A stretch of 63,968 nt of DNA, the filler included, from a bacterium (GTDB lineage: Bacteria > JBDRGX01): assembly GCA_043817485.1 (NCBI GenBank). It is 6 parts of 6 records of this genome, joined end to end, with 100 filler letters (N's around TTAATTAATTAA, not from the genome) between each part and the next. Parts side by side here need not be neighbours in the genome. Positions count along the whole stretch, not along the records: positions 1 to 22,238 come from JBDRGX010000055.1; positions 22,339 to 35,131 come from JBDRGX010000057.1; 4 more parts are not named here. The stretch is one strand, 5' to 3'. Below the pieces are notes generated by a model. That model was not told the origin of the DNA and made no database searches. It worked only from the letters and a program-made list of their open reading frames with translations. Both the position numbers and the translations under genes were made by a program. Below, piece by piece: positions 20,897 through 30,004 of this stretch. Numbering within the stretch: the first letter of the stretch is position 1; the number at the start of each line of letters is the position of its first letter.

Positions 20897-22078
20897 GTGA
20901 GTATTAAAATATTAAAAGAAAAATGTGTAAATTGTAATTTATGTGTAAAAAAATGCCCTTGGCAAGCAATAGAAATAATAAATAATGAAGTAAAAATAAA
21001 AGATAATTGCAATTTATGTGGAGTTTGTGTAGATGTATGTAAATTTAATGCTATTCTTATTCAAGTAGAATCGCAAATTAAAAGAAATTTAAGTGAATAT
21101 AAAAATGTTTGGGTTTTTGCAGAACAAAGACAAGGAAAAGTGGTAAATTCCGTATTAGAACTTTTAGGTGCTGGAAGAAAATTAGCAGATGATCTTCAAG
21201 AAAATTTATGTGCAATTCTTTTAGGAGATAAAGTAGAAAAGGAAGTGGAAAAATTAATAAGTCATGGTGCTGATGATGTTTATTTAATAGAAGATCCTAT
21301 TTTAAAAGATTTTCAAGATGATATTTATGGAAAAATTTTGCAAGATTTAGTTTTAAAATATTGTCCATCTATTTTTTTAGGAAGTGCCACTTCTATTGGT
21401 AGATCTTTATTTCCTAAAATAGCAGTAGGTCTTCAAACTGGACTTACAGCAGATTGTACAGAATTAGAAATTGACAAAACAACAAAAAACATACTTCAAA
21501 CTAGACCCGCATTTGGTGGAAATATAATGGCTACTATTATTTGTGAAAATACCAGACCTCAAATGGCTACTGTAAGACCACGAGTAATGAAAAAATTGCC
21601 AATAGATCTTTTACGAAAAGGAAAAGTAATTGAAGAATCTTTTGATAAAAATTCTATATCTATTCAAACTAAAATTTTAGAAATTGTAGAAGATTTGACT
21701 ATTAAGATTAAAATAGAGGATGCAGATATAATTGTTTCAGGAGGAAGAGGATTAGGAGAAGCTAAAAATTTTAAACTAATTGAAGAATTAGCTAATGTTT
21801 TAAAAGGTTCTGTAGGCTCTTCAAGAGCGGCTGTAGATGCTGGATGGATTCCTTATTCTCATCAAGTAGGACAAACTGGGAAAACTGTTTGTCCTAAACT
21901 TTATATTGCTTGTGGAATTAGTGGAGCTATTCAACATTTAGTAGGAATGCAAACTTCTGATTGTATTATTGCTATAAATAAAGATCCTCATGCCCCTATT
22001 TTTAAAGTAGCAAATTATGGAATTGTTGGAAATTTATTTGAAATAATACCTCTTTTAATTAAAAAATTTAAAGAATAA
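20897..22078 (+). CDS. etfA: electron transfer flavoprotein alpha with N-terminal 2[4Fe-4S] ferredoxin domain
   Basis: two CxxCxxCxxxC motifs; GLTADC, RPAFGG, QVGQTGK, GISGAIQH. Confidence 0.94.
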   Translation: MSIKILKEKCVNCNLCVKKCPWQAIEIINNEVKIKDNCNLCGVCVDVCKFNAILIQVESQIKRNLSEYKNVWVFAEQRQGKVVNSVLELLGAGRKLADDLQENLCAILLGDKVEKEVEKLISHGADDVYLIEDPILKDFQDDIYGKILQDLVLKYCPSIFLGSATSIGRSLFPKIAVGLQTGLTADCTELEIDKTTKNILQTRPAFGGNIMATIICENTRPQMATVRPRVMKKLPIDLLRKGKVIEESFDKNSISIQTKILEIVEDLTIKIKIEDADIIVSGGRGLGEAKNFKLIEELANVLKGSVGSSRAAVDAGWIPYSHQVGQTGKTVCPKLYIACGISGAIQHLVGMQTSDCIIAINKDPHAPIFKVANYGIVGNLFEIIPLLIKKFKE

Positions 22079-22238
22079 AATTATCAAATGTTTTTAGAAA
22101 TATTAGTTTTTACTAAATAAGTAGACGGATATATAGATTTCATTTTTTTATATATTTTTTCTGCTTTTTTTTTTTTTTATAATAAAGAAAATATACTGGA
22201 TCCACTCCAAGAAACAAGCGACCCCAAAACATTTAATT

Positions 22239-22338
22239 NNNNNNNNNNNNNNNNNNNNNNNNNNNNNNNNNNNNNNNNNNNNTTAATTAATTAANNNNNN
22301 NNNNNNNNNNNNNNNNNNNNNNNNNNNNNNNNNNNNNN
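22239..22338. other. artificial contig linker
   Basis: N-run + TTAATTAATTAA (stops in all six frames) + N-run, 100 bp. Confidence 0.97.
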
Positions 22339-22339
22339 T

Positions 22340-24406
22340 GTTTATAAAGAAGTAAAAGTAAAAGCTAACATCTTTATTTATAATTCTTTGAAAAAAGAAT
22401 TTGAAGCAAAAGGAAAAGTTAAATTAGAAAATAAAGAAGGAAGTTTTTCTGGAGAATATATTAAATATGATTTAGAAAAAAAAACTGGTTATTGTTCTCC
22501 AGCAAAAATAGAAACTTCTCTTCTTACTTGTAAAGGAAAAGAAATTGAAAAAATTGCTGAAGATAGAATACTTATTAAAAATGGTACTTTTAGCACTTGT
22601 CATTTAGAAAATCCTCATTATTATTTTTCTGCAAAAGAAATTTTAGTTTTTCCTCAAAAAAGAATTATTGCTAAAAATGTACAAATGTATGTTTGGAAAA
22701 TTCCAATAATTCCATATATTCCTTATTTTGTTAAATCTCTTGAAAAAGATCCCACGGGAATGAAATTTGAATGGGGTTATGAAGATATAAAGGGATATTT
22801 TTTTAAAACGAAATATCTTTATAAATGGCAAAAATTATTATATGGAAGTTTTTGGATAGATTTTACTGAAAAAATGGGAATATGCCCAGGTGTAAATAGC
22901 AACACAAAATATAGTTTTAAATCTGGAAATGGTAATTTGACTACATTCTACAGTCAACAAGAAGAAAAACAATATTTTTCAAAATCTAAAAATGCAATTT
23001 GGAATTTTAATTTTCAACATAGTCATTTTTTATCTAAAGAAATAAAATTTTTACATCCAGAATTAAAAAATTTATTAGATAAAGGTTTTATAAATGCAGA
23101 TGTTAATGTATCTAATAAAAATTATTTTTCTATGTATGGAACCCCATTAGAAAAAATAACTAAAACAAGAGATTTAAAATCTATTCTATTTTTCAATAAA
23201 ACATGGAATGAAAAATATAGACCAAATTTTAATATTGGAATAAGATTAGAAAATCATATTGATTTAGAAACAGAAGAAAAATTTGGTTATTTCCCAGAAA
23301 TAACATATACTAAATATTCTAAAAACATAGGAAAATCAAATATATTTTTTGATTTTAAAACAAAATCAAAAAGTTATTTTAGAAAATTTAAAATTGAAGA
23401 ATCTTATAAAAATTATGAAGAAAATTCTGTAAATTCAAATTTAGGACTTTCTTATTCTCGTCGATTTTTGCAATTAGACATAAATCCTCGATTAAATATA
23501 ACAGAAACAAAAAAAGAAACACATGAAAAAGAAAAAAAAATTAATGATATAAATAAAGAATTTAATTATACCATTAATACAAGTACTACCATTTTTAAAA
23601 TATTTGATTGGAAATTTTTTAATTTATATAAAGGAATGAGACATTTAATTCAACCTTCTGTAAATTATTCCTATAAACAATGTTTTGCAGAAAAAGGATT
23701 TTTCAAAAAAAATGAATTTTCTTATCAAAATTTTACAGATGAAATTACAGAAAAATTGCAATTTAATCTTCTTAATGCCTGGCAAGTTAAAAAAATTGAA
23801 AAAGAATATACTCGAAATTTGAATTTGTTTAAATTAGAAAATAGTAGTGAATTTATTATTTATGCAGATAGAATGGATTTATTAACTCAAAAATATTATT
23901 TATTAGCAGAAAATAAATTAGGTACATTAAATACTACTTTTTCTTTTCATCCATTAGATAATTTTTATTTAACTTATAATACAAAATATGATTTTGATTA
24001 TAAAATTTGGAAAAATAGATTTTTAGAAATGTCTCTTAATTATAACAAGGTGTTTAATAAAAAAAATAAAAAAGAAAGTTTGTTCGAAATAAATTCTGGA
24101 ATTAGATATGCTCATTATTTGGATGCTCTTACATTTCCAACAACTTTATATATTACACCTTTACAATTAAAACTTCATTTAACTGGATTAGATATTTCTT
24201 ATGATACTTCTTTAAATCTTATGAAAAATAAAATTAAAGATATATTCCAAACTCACTGGTTCACTTTAACTAAAAGTCTACATTGTTGGGAAGCAAAATT
24301 TCAAACAAGTATAGATTATAATACAACAAGATATACATTTCTTATTTATATAAAAGAATTTCCAGATATAATGATTCAAAGAAAATGGGATAATCTTAAA
24401 AAATAG
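22340..24406 (+). CDS. LptD-like outer-membrane protein, 5'-truncated at contig edge
   Basis: GTFSTC...PHY, aromatic-rich strands, C-terminal LHCWE; frame open back to the linker. Confidence 0.7.
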   Translation, partial: VYKEVKVKANIFIYNSLKKEFEAKGKVKLENKEGSFSGEYIKYDLEKKTGYCSPAKIETSLLTCKGKEIEKIAEDRILIKNGTFSTCHLENPHYYFSAKEILVFPQKRIIAKNVQMYVWKIPIIPYIPYFVKSLEKDPTGMKFEWGYEDIKGYFFKTKYLYKWQKLLYGSFWIDFTEKMGICPGVNSNTKYSFKSGNGNLTTFYSQQEEKQYFSKSKNAIWNFNFQHSHFLSKEIKFLHPELKNLLDKGFINADVNVSNKNYFSMYGTPLEKITKTRDLKSILFFNKTWNEKYRPNFNIGIRLENHIDLETEEKFGYFPEITYTKYSKNIGKSNIFFDFKTKSKSYFRKFKIEESYKNYEENSVNSNLGLSYSRRFLQLDINPRLNITETKKETHEKEKKINDINKEFNYTINTSTTIFKIFDWKFFNLYKGMRHLIQPSVNYSYKQCFAEKGFFKKNEFSYQNFTDEITEKLQFNLLNAWQVKKIEKEYTRNLNLFKLENSSEFIIYADRMDLLTQKYYLLAENKLGTLNTTFSFHPLDNFYLTYNTKYDFDYKIWKNRFLEMSLNYNKVFNKKNKKESLFEINSGIRYAHYLDALTFPTTLYITPLQLKLHLTGLDISYDTSLNLMKNKIKDIFQTHWFTLTKSLHCWEAKFQTSIDYNTTRYTFLIYIKEFPDIMIQRKWDNLKK

Positions 24407-24710
24407 AAATTAATAAGTAAATTTTAATTACAATCCATAAATGTGTATTTTAAACCATAAATTTTAACAAAAAAATATTACTCTATAAAATTAGTTTTTT
24501 CTTGACAAATACAAGGTATTACAATATCAGAATAACATATTTTTTCATAAAATTGGTAATTAATATATGAAATCAGATAATTTTCAACAACGGCTTTTAA
24601 AACATTCGGAGAATTTTAAAAAAATTCTTGAAACTCCTACTGGCGATTGGTCATTAAACTTTCAAAACTTCCTTATTTGAAAATTTAATGGCTATTTGAG
24701 GTAATGAATA

Positions 24711-25001
24711 ATGAAAAAAAATATTCTAAAAAAAGAGTTAGATAAAATTGTAGATATTAGTAAAGATTTTGGTGCGGAGAAAGTATTATTATTCGGTTCT
24801 TGTCTTGAAAATATTAAATTGGCTCGTGATATTGATATAGCAATAAAAGGGGTTAAACCAGAAAATTTTTTCGAAATGTACGGAAAAATTTTAGGTGTGG
24901 TAAATATCGAAATAGACCTAATTCCATTAGAAGAGACAAGAAAACATTTTGCTAAACGCATTTTAGAAAAAGGGAAATTGATATATGAAAAAAAAATATG
25001 A
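24711..25001 (+). CDS. MNT nucleotidyltransferase antitoxin
   Basis: LLFGS...RDIDIA...IDLIP; gaggt RBS. Confidence 0.88.
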   Translation: MKKNILKKELDKIVDISKDFGAEKVLLFGSCLENIKLARDIDIAIKGVKPENFFEMYGKILGVVNIEIDLIPLEETRKHFAKRILEKGKLIYEKKI

Positions 25002-25453
25002 GCAATTAAAAGCAGATGTGTTAGATGAAATAGAGGAGATAGAACAAGTTTTAAAAAATTTGTCTTTTCTCAAAAACAATTTGATACCAAAAAAAATAGA
25101 TAATGTCCAAAAGGCAGCAATAGGAACCTTTTTAATGAATTTTTATGTAGGAATAGAGAACATTATTAAGCGTATTACCAAAGAATACTATCAATCTATT
25201 CCCAAGGGGAAACAGCTGGCACAAAGAACTTCTCGATTTATCTTATATGCCACCACAAGAAAAAATTCCTATTTTCAATCAAAATATTGTAAATAGATTG
25301 AACCCTTATAGAGGATTTAGACATGTATTTATTAGTGGATATGGATTTAATCTGCATTTAGAATTAATGAATTCATTAATAAATAATATTGAATCCCTAT
25401 GGACTGATATAAAGAAGGCTATTGAGAAATTTTGGAGTAAATTAGAATCATAA
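24985..25453 (+). pseudogene. HEPN RNase toxin (HepT-like), frameshifted near 25206-25209
   Basis: removing one G from cccaaggggaaac restores ...PKGNSWHKELL...MPPQEK...YRGFRHVF as one ORF. Confidence 0.8.
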
Positions 25454-25536
25454 ATTTATATTTAAAAAATCTAAAAGACTTAAATAACAATACTAAAACT
25501 TAAATTTAATTTTTATTAAAAATAGGGAGGGTTATT

Positions 25537-25989
25537 TTGGACATAAAAAAAATAAATAAAATTATTAAAATAATGGAAGAAAAAAATATTACAGAATTTA
25601 GTTTAGAAGAAGAAGGTATAAAAATATTTTTAAAAAGAGGTGGAAATATTGCTTATGAAGAAATTCCAATTATAAAAAAACCATCTCTTATGGAAACAGT
25701 TGTTTCTCAAGGAGAAAAAAAAGAAGAAATAAAATCTACAGAAGAAGATTATCTTACAGTTGCCTCACCAATGGTTGGTACTTTTTATCGTGCTCCTTCT
25801 CCAGATTCTCCTTCTTATGTAAATGTCGGAACTATTGTTGAAATTGGACAAATGCTTTGTATTATTGAAGCAATGAAATTAATGAATGAAGTTAAATCTG
25901 AATATAGAGGAAAAGTAGCAAAAATATTAGTAGAAAATGGCACTCCAATAGAATACGGAGAAAATCTTTTTTTATTTGAAAAAATATAA
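25537..25989 (+). CDS. accB: biotin carboxyl carrier protein
   Basis: SPMVGTFY, IIEAMKLMNE. Confidence 0.96.
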   Translation: MDIKKINKIIKIMEEKNITEFSLEEEGIKIFLKRGGNIAYEEIPIIKKPSLMETVVSQGEKKEEIKSTEEDYLTVASPMVGTFYRAPSPDSPSYVNVGTIVEIGQMLCIIEAMKLMNEVKSEYRGKVAKILVENGTPIEYGENLFLFEKI

Positions 25990-27218
25990 TGTGGAAATTT
26001 TTACAAAAAGAAAAAAATTACCTTTTATTTATTTTTATTCTTTCTTTAAGTATTCGTTTAATATATTTATTTTTTCATAATAAAATAAATCATCTTGAAA
26101 TTACTTCTTTAGATATAGATGGTTATCATACTTTAGCTTTAAATTTACTTAAAAAACATGGATTTTGTTTTATTGCTGGAGAACCAACTTCTTATAGACC
26201 TTTTTTATATCCAGCTTTTTTATCAAGTATTTATTTTATTTTTGGACAAAGTAAATTTATCGTTCAATTTATACAAACAATATTAGGTTCTTTTACAGTT
26301 ATATTTACTTATTTAATTGCTAATAAATTTTTAAATAAAAAAAAATCTTTAATTTCAAGTTATTTATATGCTATTTATCCACTTGCTATTTTTTTAAATG
26401 CTTGTTTTTTAACTGAAACTTTATTTATTTTTCTTTTTACTTTGTTTATATTATTTCTTTTAAATTTAGATAATACTCAAAAATTAAAAGAAGTAATATC
26501 TGGTATAATTTTAGGACTTGCAATATTAACTCGTCCAGTATTTTTATATTTCCATTTTTTTATTTTATTTTGGTTTATAAAAAAATTTAGTTTAGTTAAA
26601 GGTTTTTATAAATGGGGTATAATACTTTTTTTAGCTATTTTAGTAAATTCTCCTTGGATAATAAGAAATTATTTTGTTCATCATAATTTAGTTTTAGGAA
26701 CAACAAATGGAGGTATTACTTTTTGGGGTGGAAATAATAAATGGTGTTTAGATGGAAAATGGGTTTCTCCAAATAATACTTTATGGAAAGAAAATAATAT
26801 TTTAAAAAAAAAAATTGATGCTTTAACAGAAGTTGAAAAAGATAAATTTTATTATCAATTAGGATTTAATTGGATTAAAAATAATCCTAAAAAATTTGTT
26901 TTTTTGGAATTTAAAAAATTTTTAAGATTTTGGGATTATGATAAACGATCGTATCATTCCAAAACATCTAATTTATATAAAATAATTGGTTTATTTTCTT
27001 ATGGAATTTTACTTCCTTTTATTATTATTGGATTTTGTTTTTCTTTAAAAAATAATAATTTTTTAATTTTAAATTTTAGTATTTTATACTTTCTATTTAT
27101 CACTCTTATTTTCTATGGAGATATAAGGTTAAGAGCACCAATAGAACCTTTTTTATTTATATTAGGAAGTATTGGTATTTCAAAGGTAATTAAATGGATA
27201 AAATTGAAATTACTTTAA
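25989..27218 (+). CDS. GT-C fold (ArnT/PMT-like) membrane glycosyltransferase
   Basis: multi-TM; YRPFLYP, LTETL, LTRP, PWIIRN. Confidence 0.8.
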   Translation: MWKFLQKEKNYLLFIFILSLSIRLIYLFFHNKINHLEITSLDIDGYHTLALNLLKKHGFCFIAGEPTSYRPFLYPAFLSSIYFIFGQSKFIVQFIQTILGSFTVIFTYLIANKFLNKKKSLISSYLYAIYPLAIFLNACFLTETLFIFLFTLFILFLLNLDNTQKLKEVISGIILGLAILTRPVFLYFHFFILFWFIKKFSLVKGFYKWGIILFLAILVNSPWIIRNYFVHHNLVLGTTNGGITFWGGNNKWCLDGKWVSPNNTLWKENNILKKKIDALTEVEKDKFYYQLGFNWIKNNPKKFVFLEFKKFLRFWDYDKRSYHSKTSNLYKIIGLFSYGILLPFIIIGFCFSLKNNNFLILNFSILYFLFITLIFYGDIRLRAPIEPFLFILGSIGISKVIKWIKLKLL

Positions 27219-28390
27219 ATAAAATAACAAAAACTTATTCTGTTATTCCAGATCCTTTACCACATATTTTAGTTCAGTCTCATAAATTACTTCATGGTTG
27301 GTGGCAAGGAAAAAGAGAATGTACGGCAGAAAGACTTTTAATAAATCCTTATAATGGTTGTTCTCATAATTGTTTTATGTGTTATACTTCTGCTTTTAAT
27401 TGGGGATTTTTTGAACTTTATCACAAAAAAAAAATTATTACAGTTTGTGAAAATTTTGATAAAATAATAGCAAATCAACTTAATAGTCTTTTTATTGTAA
27501 GTGCAGGATATTTGTCTCCCGTAACAGATCCTTTTCAACCAATCAATCAAAAATATTGTCTTTCTGAAAAAATTATTAATGAATTTACTTCTCGAAATAT
27601 TCCAATTGAATTTATTACAAAAAATATAATTCCAAGTTCTGTAATCTCAATGATAAAAAAACAAAAACATTCATTTGGACAAATTTCTATTTTAACTTTA
27701 AAAGAAGATTTACATAAATTTCTTTGCCCAGGAGCTGCTTCAGTAAAAGACCTTTTAAATAATTTAAAAATATTATCTAAAGAAAATATTCATTCTGTTT
27801 GTAGAATAGATCCCATAATTCCTTATATTACAGATAATAAAAACGATCTTAAAGAATTAATTAATATATCTATAGTTTTTGGAACAAAGCATATTATAGC
27901 AAGTTGTTTAGACATTCCTTTATCTGTACAAAAAAAAACAATGAGTTTTTTATCTAATTTTGGTTGGGGAGTAGTTTATGATTATGGAAAATTGTACAAT
28001 GAAACTATAGATTTACATTTACATGCTCAATTAGATTATAGACGTAAAATTTTTTCTTTTTTAAGAGAAGAATGTGATAAAAAAAATATAACTTTTGCTT
28101 TATGTATGGAATTTAAAATAAAAAATAACAACCCAATTGGATTAAATAAAGAATTTATGAGTTCTATAAATTGCGAAGGAATTAATATTCCTATTTATGC
28201 AAAAGATGGAGATAAATTCAAACCTATTGCTCCTTGTAATGGATCTTGTTTAGTTTGCAAAAAACCTATTTGTGGAATTGAAGAATTAGCATTAGGAAAA
28301 ACAAAAAATAAAAAAAAAGGATGGAAATTAAGTGATTATAGAAAATGGAGCAAAAATTTTATTCAACCTACATTAAAAGAAATCAAATAA
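27194..28390 (+). CDS. radical SAM protein, spore-photoproduct-lyase-like
   Basis: NPYNGCSHNCFMCY (CxxxCxxC), TDPFQP, RIDPIIP. Confidence 0.85.
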   Translation: MDKIEITLNKITKTYSVIPDPLPHILVQSHKLLHGWWQGKRECTAERLLINPYNGCSHNCFMCYTSAFNWGFFELYHKKKIITVCENFDKIIANQLNSLFIVSAGYLSPVTDPFQPINQKYCLSEKIINEFTSRNIPIEFITKNIIPSSVISMIKKQKHSFGQISILTLKEDLHKFLCPGAASVKDLLNNLKILSKENIHSVCRIDPIIPYITDNKNDLKELINISIVFGTKHIIASCLDIPLSVQKKTMSFLSNFGWGVVYDYGKLYNETIDLHLHAQLDYRRKIFSFLREECDKKNITFALCMEFKIKNNNPIGLNKEFMSSINCEGINIPIYAKDGDKFKPIAPCNGSCLVCKKPICGIEELALGKTKNKKKGWKLSDYRKWSKNFIQPTLKEIK

Positions 28391-28515
28391 AACTTTTTAT
28401 AAAGATTTATTTGACAAATTTATTTAACATTAGAAAATATATATTTAATTTTTAAACAATATATCAAAAAAAATTGGAATTTTTTAATTAGAAAAAATTT
28501 CATAAAAAGGAAAAA

Positions 28516-29952
28516 ATGAAAAAACATTATTTATTTCTTCTTTTAATTATTTGTTTTTTTGCTGGATGTCAAGGTTGTAATAAAAATGCACCAATAGTTT
28601 TTCGTTTAAAAGCAGATAATTGGTGGGTTATAAGAGGAGAAAAAATAAATATTACTTGTGAAACAAAAGACTTAGATAAAAATAATTTACAATATACTTG
28701 GTCATCAAAAGCAGGTACTTTTTCTGAACAAAAAAGTAATAAAAATACTGTAATATGGACAGCTCCAAAAGAAACAAGTGGAGAATATTTAATCAATGTT
28801 GAAGTAAGTGATGGAAGATTTATAACATCAGACCAAATTTATATTTCTGTAGTTTTACCTAATGAAAAAAAATATCATGCAATAAAAGGATATATTAGAG
28901 AAAATACAATTTGGAAAAAAGAAGAAAATTCTGCTTTTTTAATTAAAGGTGATTTAGTAATAGAAAAAGGAGTTTCTTTAATTATTGAACCAGGTGTTAT
29001 TATTTATATTCAAGCAAATTTAGATGAACATAATTTATATGGAGATAAATCTAATATAAGCAATGAATTAATAGAAATAATTGTAAAAGGTGTTTTAAAA
29101 GCAGAAGGAGTTAAAAATAATAAAATATATTTTATTTCTACTCATACAAAATTTGCTTTTTCAGGATCTGAATATGATTATACAAATTATGAAAAATCTT
29201 TTTTACAAAATGTGCAAAAATTTGAGAATAAAAAAGGTATGGGTGGAAATTGGTCTGGTATTAAATTTTATCCCGAAAGTCAAGGAGAATTAAATTATTG
29301 TCATATTAAATATGCTAAATGGGCTATTCAATGTATTTCATCTTCACCGCAAATTAAAAATTGTATTATAGAAAAAAATGGACTTTTTGATGAAAATGGA
29401 TCTATTTATTTACAGAATTCTAAGGCTCTTATAGAAAACAATGAAATATTACAATCTGGTGGAGGAAATGGAGAAAATTATCAAGATTTTACTGGTGGAA
29501 AAGGAATATATGTTGTAGAATCATCTCCAATAATTCAAAACAATTTTTTCAAAAATAATGGAGAAGCAATATTTCTTAAAAACTCTCCAACAATTAAAAT
29601 ACAAAGCAATACTTCACCTATACTTATTAAAAATAACACTTTTGAAAATAATATTTATGCTGCTGTTTGGAGTTTAAATTCTAAAACATTAATAAAAGAA
29701 AATGAAATAAATAATTCTACTTATGGTTATGGAATATATATTGAAAATTCTATGTTAGATATAAAAAGAAATAATATTACTGGAATGAAATTATTTGGTA
29801 TTTATAATCATCCAAATAATATTAAAAAAGTTTTTGTTGAAGAATGTTATATTGCAAATAACAATACTAATAATAATTATCAAAAACAATATGAAAATAT
29901 TATTTCAGAAAATTCACAAACAATAAAAATAGAAAATATAGGAAAACAATAA
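28516..29952 (+). CDS. lipoprotein with Ig/PKD-like and right-handed beta-helix domains
   Basis: lipobox FAGC; YTWS...WTAP; repeated xIxNNxF motifs. Confidence 0.75.
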   Translation: MKKHYLFLLLIICFFAGCQGCNKNAPIVFRLKADNWWVIRGEKINITCETKDLDKNNLQYTWSSKAGTFSEQKSNKNTVIWTAPKETSGEYLINVEVSDGRFITSDQIYISVVLPNEKKYHAIKGYIRENTIWKKEENSAFLIKGDLVIEKGVSLIIEPGVIIYIQANLDEHNLYGDKSNISNELIEIIVKGVLKAEGVKNNKIYFISTHTKFAFSGSEYDYTNYEKSFLQNVQKFENKKGMGGNWSGIKFYPESQGELNYCHIKYAKWAIQCISSSPQIKNCIIEKNGLFDENGSIYLQNSKALIENNEILQSGGGNGENYQDFTGGKGIYVVESSPIIQNNFFKNNGEAIFLKNSPTIKIQSNTSPILIKNNTFENNIYAAVWSLNSKTLIKENEINNSTYGYGIYIENSMLDIKRNNITGMKLFGIYNHPNNIKKVFVEECYIANNNTNNNYQKQYENIISENSQTIKIENIGKQ

Positions 29953-30004
29953 AAAAAACAGAAAATGAAAATTGAAAAAATAATTGTTTAAAATAGGAAA
30001 AATA

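Noticed and set aside
22190-22238. GC-richer stretch at a contig end resembling a tRNA fragment
   Set aside because: No T-loop (GTTCRA) or cloverleaf pairing; more likely the tail of a truncated minus-strand CDS.
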